Source: a virus
Lineage: Duplodnaviria > Heunggongvirae > Uroviricota > Caudoviricetes
IMG/VR virus record: IMGVR_UViG_2645727743_000022
Strand: one strand, 5' to 3'
Length of the DNA: 19,471 nucleotides
Numbering within the stretch: the stretch's first letter is position 1; every line of letters begins with the position of its first letter. The position numbers were made by a program, and so were the translations under genes. Below are positions 14,691 through 19,471 of this stretch, piece after piece. The notes under the pieces are model-generated. The model saw only the letters and a list, made by a program, of their open reading frames with translations. It made no database searches and was not told the DNA's origin.

Positions 14691-15193
14691 GCATCAGAAC
14701 CTACGCAGTGAATTGCAATGACGCATGGCTAAACACCGAAGGTGATGACATCTCCGGCTCATACGTTAAGTACAAAGACCATCAGGAAGTGGTTGCCGCT
14801 CTTGAGGCCAAGTGCGCGGCGCTGGCAGCGGAGAATGCGGGAATAAAGTCTGCAATTCCAGAATCACGGGATATTGAAGATGACAATGACAATATGGATG
14901 ACGTATCTCTCGCGGAAGACTTCGGGTTCAATCATGCAATAGAACGGATGAGGAGACAGATACCTGAAACACCAACCACTGATGCTTTCCTGGCTGAAGT
15001 CCGGGCGCAGGGGGTGGATGCTGCTATAGAAGCTGCAAAAAATCTGGTGGCCCAAGAATATGAGTATAAGGATTTCAAAGCGGCGCAGAGTGATTGCTGT
15101 ATGTACCCTGGTTCAGACCTGGTAGGGAAGGTTGAAATGACTGAGTGGTTAGTTGACTTTGCTGCCCAGCTTCGCAAAGGAGGCAACCAGTGA
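14687..15193 (+). CDS. Hypothetical acidic protein, Ea22-region family (168 aa)
   Basis: ATG 14687 overlaps the upstream stop (ATGA); RBS GGGAGAG; ORF ends at the start of the next gene. Confidence 0.55.
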   Translation: MSIRTYAVNCNDAWLNTEGDDISGSYVKYKDHQEVVAALEAKCAALAAENAGIKSAIPESRDIEDDNDNMDDVSLAEDFGFNHAIERMRRQIPETPTTDAFLAEVRAQGVDAAIEAAKNLVAQEYEYKDFKAAQSDCCMYPGSDLVGKVEMTEWLVDFAAQLRKGGNQ

Positions 15194-15675
15194 GCGAAAT
15201 TAATTACCAGGCACTGCGTGAGGTGGCGGAACGTGCAATTCCAGCAATGGAACGCCTGTTAATGTTGCCAGCTGATGATGACTTGTTAAGTGAACAGGAA
15301 CTTAAAGATTACGGTGTGGATATTGATGCGCTCAACGCCTTCAAATTTCTGACCGGACCAGAAACCGTGCTGGCACTGCTGGATGAACGGGAAAGAAACC
15401 TGCAATACATCAAAAGTCGCGATCAGGAGAACGAGGATATTGCGCTAACGGTAGGGAAGCTGCGCGTTGAGCTTGAAGCAGAAAAACAGCGGGCAAAAGT
15501 TCTATTTATGGAAAATGCTCGGCTTAAGTCAGGCATAGCCGGTCTGATACACCTCGGTATTCGATATGCAGATGTTGAGGTCATGAAAATTGCTGGAGAT
15601 GCCCAGCTTTCTACCCCATGCACTGACAGCATCATAAACAGCATTGCAACAGGCATTCGCATCAAAGGAGAGTGA
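15190..15675 (+). CDS. Ea22/Ead-like family protein (161 aa, GTG start)
   Basis: SD AAAGGAGG before GTG 15190. Motif LLDERERNLQYIKSRDQENEDIALTVGKLRVELEAEK matches my recollection of Ea22-like proteins. Confidence 0.6.
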   Translation: MSEINYQALREVAERAIPAMERLLMLPADDDLLSEQELKDYGVDIDALNAFKFLTGPETVLALLDERERNLQYIKSRDQENEDIALTVGKLRVELEAEKQRAKVLFMENARLKSGIAGLIHLGIRYADVEVMKIAGDAQLSTPCTDSIINSIATGIRIKGE

Positions 15676-15676
15676 T

Positions 15677-16192
15677 ATGGCGTTAACACACCACGAACTC
15701 TGTCAGATTGCGTACAAGTTCCTTAAGCGCAACGGGTTCAAGGTTTGCTTTCATGACCGCTTTGTTGCTGTAACCAGTACCGGAGAACAGCCAGATGCTA
15801 TGGGATTCAGAAATTCAGCATCATGCCTGATAGAGGCGAAGTGTTCTCGTGCTGACTTGTTGGCAGATAGAAAAAAGCGTTTCCGTAAAAATCCCTCACT
15901 TGGCATGGGCGACTGGCGATTCTTTATTAGTGAGCCGGAAATTATTTCAGTTGAGGATTTACCTCCCGGCTGGGGATTACTTCACGTTGTTAACGGAAGA
16001 GTACGGAAAGTACATGGATGGCCCAGGGGTAATTGCTGTTGGGGTAATCCTGACGATAAGCCATTTACTGGGAATAAGCAGGTTGAATGCGATTACATGT
16101 TATCTGCATTAAGGCGCATGGAGTTGAGAGGGCACCTTAATGAAATATATGACGGTGTGATTGTTAATAAGAAAGAAGGAAACGCGGCATGA
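15677..16192 (+). CDS. Putative PD-(D/E)xK nuclease-fold protein (171 aa)
   Basis: RBS AAAGGAGAG before ATG 15677. Candidate catalytic motif EQPDAMGF...SCLIEAKCSRADLL (D ... E-x-K). Assignment by motif only. Confidence 0.5.
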   Translation: MALTHHELCQIAYKFLKRNGFKVCFHDRFVAVTSTGEQPDAMGFRNSASCLIEAKCSRADLLADRKKRFRKNPSLGMGDWRFFISEPEIISVEDLPPGWGLLHVVNGRVRKVHGWPRGNCCWGNPDDKPFTGNKQVECDYMLSALRRMELRGHLNEIYDGVIVNKKEGNAA

Positions 16193-16596
16193 TCACTATT
16201 ACCAAAGGGCGACTGCTGACAATCAAGCAGTGGCGCGAAACATACGGACCGGGTAGCAACGTTGTGCTTCCAGCAGAAGAAGCGGAAGAGCTGGCACGGA
16301 TTGCGCTGGCATCACTGGCAGCAGAGCCGGTGGCAAAGATTATAGCTCATTACCCATTAGGAGTTGACGCAGGCAAACAAAAATTCGTACAGGCCATTAG
16401 AGAGCTTCCTGACTTTGGCGGATATCTATTTGCCGCCCCGCCAGCGCCGGTAGTGCCGGAAGAAGCAACTCCGGAAAACGTAGAAATGCTCTCTGGCTAT
16501 GTTTCCACGTACAAATTAACCGATAGCGAGCGCGATATTGCTGCCGAAATATGGAACGCCTGCCGCGCCGCTATGCTTCATGGGAAAGGAGAGTGA
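16189..16596 (+). CDS. Hypothetical protein (135 aa) with shared module [16 protein letters not shown]
   Basis: ATG overlaps the upstream stop. The same peptide and about 45 bp DNA module recurs in the 16872 and 17036 genes. Confidence 0.55.
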   Translation: MITITKGRLLTIKQWRETYGPGSNVVLPAEEAEELARIALASLAAEPVAKIIAHYPLGVDAGKQKFVQAIRELPDFGGYLFAAPPAPVVPEEATPENVEMLSGYVSTYKLTDSERDIAAEIWNACRAAMLHGKGE

Positions 16597-16597
16597 T

Positions 16598-16861
16598 ATG
16601 GCAACTTTAACAAAAAAAGAACGGGCATGGTTGAACGAATTACAGGACGTTCTTGATCGCTGCCCATCACCGAAAAAAATTGGTTTTTACACCATTGGCG
16701 ATAAAAGCATTTACCTGTATGACCTGCGCCGCATGGATGAAATCATGGAGGCTCTTGATAATCGTTCGTCAATGGATTGGTGTGTTGCTGTCCATGATAT
16801 GAATGCAGGGTTTGATGAAAAGATTTTGTTCCCCTCATCAGTTGAAAGCACTGCGGGTTAA
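16598..16861 (+). CDS. Hypothetical protein (87 aa)
   Basis: ATG 16598 with RBS AAAGGAGAG, the same RBS context as the 15677 gene. Confidence 0.55.
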   Translation: MATLTKKERAWLNELQDVLDRCPSPKKIGFYTIGDKSIYLYDLRRMDEIMEALDNRSSMDWCVAVHDMNAGFDEKILFPSSVESTAG

Positions 16862-16871
16862 GGAGTAACAC

Positions 16872-17039
16872 ATGACCACTATTACCAAAGAACGTATTGA
16901 ATTGTTCATTAAAAATCCGCTTGAAAACGGGCTTACCCGTGGTGAACAAATGGAACTGGCACGGATTGCGCTGGCATCGCTGGAAGCAGAGCCGGTTGTG
17001 TTCTGGTTTGAAAAATATCAAGAAGGGGCTACGGCATGA
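16872..17039 (+). CDS. Small protein (55 aa) carrying the shared [15 protein letters not shown] module
   Basis: SD AAGGAG before ATG 16872; product [55 protein letters not shown]; stop overlaps the next ATG. Below the ORF-track cutoff. Confidence 0.45.
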   Translation: MTTITKERIELFIKNPLENGLTRGEQMELARIALASLEAEPVVFWFEKYQEGATA

Positions 17040-17380
17040 CGACTTTTACCAGAGAGCAGTTAATAGCTCACGCAGAGGAGACTATTGAAGCACAGAGACT
17101 GTGCATACCGGGCACAATCGACCATGACATCATCCGCACATATAAGATGGATATTGCTGTTCTGGAAATCGCACTGGTATCGCTGGCAGCAGAGCCAGCC
17201 GGTAAATTGCATGAATACAAACCAGTGGGATATCAGCGTCTGGTCGATGAGTTAACCATGCTGGTAAAGCAGTTAACCTGGCAACTGAGGAAAGCGAAGC
17301 CAGACTGCAAATTACCGGATAAGGCGATGAGTTATCTGGAGCGGAACGGACTGATAAGCGTGGAGGATATTTTACGATGA
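17036..17380 (+). CDS. Hypothetical protein (114 aa) with a third copy of the shared module ([17 protein letters not shown])
   Basis: ATG overlaps the upstream stop; repeated DNA segment at about 17163-17200. Confidence 0.55.
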   Translation: MTTFTREQLIAHAEETIEAQRLCIPGTIDHDIIRTYKMDIAVLEIALVSLAAEPAGKLHEYKPVGYQRLVDELTMLVKQLTWQLRKAKPDCKLPDKAMSYLERNGLISVEDILR

Positions 17381-17460
17381 CCTGGCCTGAAGCATTAACA
17401 ACGGTAGGAATTGCGATGGCGGTGGCGCTGGTGGTGTATTCGATTTGCCGCTGGGGATAA
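17377..17460 (+). CDS. Possible 27 aa hydrophobic micro-protein
   Basis: ATG 17377 overlaps the upstream stop (ATGA); product [27 protein letters not shown] has one predicted TM helix. Too short to judge. Confidence 0.25.
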   Translation: MTWPEALTTVGIAMAVALVVYSICRWG

Positions 17461-17464
17461 CCAC

Positions 17465-17707
17465 ATGTTCGCTTTGATTCAACGCGGTCAGATATACACG
17501 GACAGAGCCGGATACCCCGTGGTGATTACTCGCATCACTGAGCACTCAGTGTTCTTTCGACGGATGGACGGACGATCCGGGCGGGTACGCATTGGTGAGT
17601 TAAACTGCCTGTTCGAACATATTGACCACCAGGAGTACCGCAAAATTCTCGCGGACACTGAGCAGGAAAAGCACCTGAAAAAATTACGAGCCATAAAAAG
17701 GAAGTAA
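17465..17707 (+). CDS. Hypothetical small basic protein (80 aa)
   Basis: ATG 17465 inside ORF 17411..17707; product MFALIQRGQIYTDRAGYPVVITRITEHSVFFRRMDGRSGRVRIGELNCLFEHIDHQEYRK... Confidence 0.5.
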   Translation: MFALIQRGQIYTDRAGYPVVITRITEHSVFFRRMDGRSGRVRIGELNCLFEHIDHQEYRKILADTEQEKHLKKLRAIKRK

Positions 17708-17710
17708 AGA

Positions 17711-17857
17711 ATGAATAAAGCATTTGAACGATGGGTCCACCAGCGTTACGGCAATCGCTATGACCTGACGCGAGATGTTGACGGCTTCTACTGTCGTGAA
17801 GTTGTGAAGCGAATGTTTGAAGTGTGTTGCCACTGCCGTGGGCTGAGTGTTGTGTGA
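17711..17857 (+). CDS. Possible small Cys-rich protein (48 aa)
   Basis: SD AAGGAAG before ATG 17711; product MNKAFERWVHQRYGNRYDLTRDVDGFYCREVVKRMFEVCCHCRGLSVV; fills the gap before xis. Confidence 0.4.
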   Translation: MNKAFERWVHQRYGNRYDLTRDVDGFYCREVVKRMFEVCCHCRGLSVV

Positions 17858-17865
17858 GGTAATAC

Positions 17866-18102
17866 ATGGGCAATGTGATTCAACTGGCTCCCAATGAATG
17901 GGTTTGTGAAAGCGTTCTTATCGCAATTACCGGGCTCAAACCAGGCACAATTCTTCGGGCCCGGAAAGAATGCTGGATGGTTGGAAGAGAGTATATTCAC
18001 GTATCACCAGACGGTAATCCAAAGCCTTCCAGTGAATGTATGTATAACAGAAAAGCAATAGATGCCTGGGTCGCCTCAATGAAAAACAAACAACCCAGGT
18101 GA
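17866..18102 (+). CDS. xis: Excisionase-like protein (78 aa)
   Basis: Small basic protein immediately upstream of the integrase on the same strand; RBS GAGGTA; wHTH-like core LKPGTILRARKECWMVGREYIHVSPDG. Confidence 0.65.
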   Translation: MGNVIQLAPNEWVCESVLIAITGLKPGTILRARKECWMVGREYIHVSPDGNPKPSSECMYNRKAIDAWVASMKNKQPR

Positions 18103-18157
18103 TTTAATATCATGAAATATGTAAGCTCGTATCGCTCTTGGGCGTCTGGAGGTATCG

Positions 18158-19471
18158 ATGGATAAAGTCAAATATCCAACAGGCGTCGAAAACCACGGCG
18201 GCACATTACGCATCTGGTTTAATTTTAAAGGTAAACGTGTCAGGGAAAATCTTGGTGTCCCTGACACTGCCAAGAACAGGAAGATCGCCGGGGAACTGCG
18301 GACATCAGTATGTTTTGCCATCCGCACAGGAAGCTTTGATTATGCTGCACAGTTCCCTGACTCCCCCAACCTTCAGACTTTTGGGGTAAGTAAAAAAGAA
18401 ATTACGGTGAAGGAACTTGAAGAAAAGTGGCTGGATCTGAAACGAATGGAAATCTCTGCAAATGCATTCAATCGCTATGAATCCGTTGCAAGAACGATGG
18501 TTCCGAAAATTGGAGGCAGTAGACTGGTGTCATCGGTAACCAAAGAGGAATTGCTGTATATCAGGAAAGATTTGCTTACCGGGTATCAGAATTCAACGAA
18601 AAACAAAGTAGCAGCAAAAGGACGGAGCGTCGTTACTGTAAATTATTACATGACGACAATCGCTGGAATGTTTCAGTTTGCTGCAGATCACGGTTACTTA
18701 GAAGCAAATCCCTTCCAGGGAATTAAGCCTCTTAAAAGAGCCAGGGCAGAGCCAGATCCGCTAACTCGTGACGAATTTATTCGCCTGATAGATGCTTGCC
18801 GACATCAGCAGACGAAAAACCTGTGGTCATTGGCTGTGTACACAGGAATGCGTCACGGTGAACTGGTCTCCCTGGCCTGGGAAGATATCGATCTGAAGGC
18901 AGGAACAATTACCATCAGGCGCAATTATACGAAACTTGGTGAGTTCACTCTACCGAAAACTGAAGCAAGCACAAACAGGGTTGTGCACCTTATCCAGCCC
19001 GCTATCAGTGTCCTGAAAAATCAGGCTGAAATGACAAGACTGGGTAAGCAGTACAACATCAAGGTGCAACTACGTGAATATAGACGTTCAGTGAACCATG
19101 AATGTACTTTCGTGTTTAACCCTCAAGTGGTTAGAAAAAGCGAACAGGTAGGTTTTGTCTACAAAGTCGATTCTGTAGGTGACTCATGGGAAACAGCCAT
19201 TAAGCGTGCAGGGATCAGGCATCGAAAGGCATACCAGTCACGACACACTTATGCGTGCTGGTCATTATCTGCCGGAGCAAACCCAAGCTTCATTGCCAGC
19301 CAGATGGGCCATGCAAGTGCCCAGATGGTATTCAATGTATACGGAGCATGGATGACTGACAGCAATGCAGAACAGATCGCAATGCTGAATCAGAAGCTGA
19401 CAGATTATGTCCCAATGATGCCCCATAGTCACCAAAGTGACACCAGAGGCTTATTAAAATCAGTAAGTTAA
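18158..19471 (+). CDS. int: Tyrosine site-specific integrase (437 aa), complete; stop at the last base of the window
   Basis: RBS GGAGGT before ATG. N-terminal arm-binding region, then a catalytic domain with conserved R (YTGMRHGEL), H-x-x-R (RHTYACW) and a Tyr-containing C-terminus (HASAQMVFNVYGAWM). Confidence 0.9.
   Translation: MDKVKYPTGVENHGGTLRIWFNFKGKRVRENLGVPDTAKNRKIAGELRTSVCFAIRTGSFDYAAQFPDSPNLQTFGVSKKEITVKELEEKWLDLKRMEISANAFNRYESVARTMVPKIGGSRLVSSVTKEELLYIRKDLLTGYQNSTKNKVAAKGRSVVTVNYYMTTIAGMFQFAADHGYLEANPFQGIKPLKRARAEPDPLTRDEFIRLIDACRHQQTKNLWSLAVYTGMRHGELVSLAWEDIDLKAGTITIRRNYTKLGEFTLPKTEASTNRVVHLIQPAISVLKNQAEMTRLGKQYNIKVQLREYRRSVNHECTFVFNPQVVRKSEQVGFVYKVDSVGDSWETAIKRAGIRHRKAYQSRHTYACWSLSAGANPSFIASQMGHASAQMVFNVYGAWMTDSNAEQIAMLNQKLTDYVPMMPHSHQSDTRGLLKSVS

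Larger units (their letters stand above)
1..19471. mobile_element. Lambdoid prophage segment (late-side morons, Q, replication, immunity, early-left, xis-int); both ends lie outside the window
   Basis: Gene order and content: integrase and excisionase at the right edge, divergent cI/cro pair, O-like initiator with iterons plus DnaC/DnaB homologues, Q-family antiterminator, tRNA cluster. Frequent ATGA/GTGA start-stop overlaps typical of phage operons. Confidence 0.85.

Noticed and set aside
16897-17088. Plus-strand ORF of 63 aa in an alternative frame
   Set aside because: It overlaps the SD-led 55 aa and 114 aa genes that carry the conserved [10 protein letters not shown] module; the basic, W-rich translation looks spurious.
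17488-18389. ORFs 17488..17694 (minus), 17535..17873 (minus), 17788..18000 (minus), 18076..18327 (minus) and 18138..18389 (plus)
   Set aside because: They are antisense to, or out of frame with, the plus-strand small genes, xis and int, which have good RBSs and recognisable motifs.
1-19471. CRISPR arrays, IS elements or att core repeats
   Set aside because: No regularly spaced direct repeats with unique spacers and no transposase-like ORF or terminal inverted repeats were seen; the prophage ends, where att repeats would be, lie outside the window.

Overview
The window is a 19.5 kb segment of an enterobacterial lambdoid prophage, inverted relative to the conventional lambda map. Late-side and rightward genes are on the minus strand; the immunity repressor, early-left genes, xis and int are on the plus strand. 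Left to right: a small two-TM protein and a TerB-like protein (1-461); three packed tRNAs reading rare codons (754-997: Arg-UCU, Arg-UCG, Ile2/Met-CAU); an orphan beta-class DNA methyltransferase; a small wHTH protein; an AT-rich opposite-strand gene with a DUF4236-like N-terminus (2784-3971); a Q-family late antiterminator; a replication module (DnaB-like helicase, DnaC-like loader, O-like initiator with an internal iteron array); two small coupled ORFs; two tandem Rha-family genes; an opposite-strand gene with a strong RBS inside the immunity region (10073-10366); cro-like and cI-like (HTH plus S24 peptidase) genes flanking an operator region; a terminator and near-consensus pL-like promoter; an AT-rich accessory block of uncharacterised genes including two that share a paralogous domain (11678-14250); a mosaic cluster of Ea22/Ead-like paralogues with a PD-(D/E)xK-like protein; xis; and a complete tyrosine integrase ending at the window edge. 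No att site, CRISPR array or lysis/structural genes are inside the window. All calls rest on reading the sequence and the ORF translations by eye; no database search was run, so family names are recollection-based. The most likely places for an undescribed function are the pL-proximal accessory block, the DUF4236-like moron after Q, and the opposite-strand gene in the immunity region.
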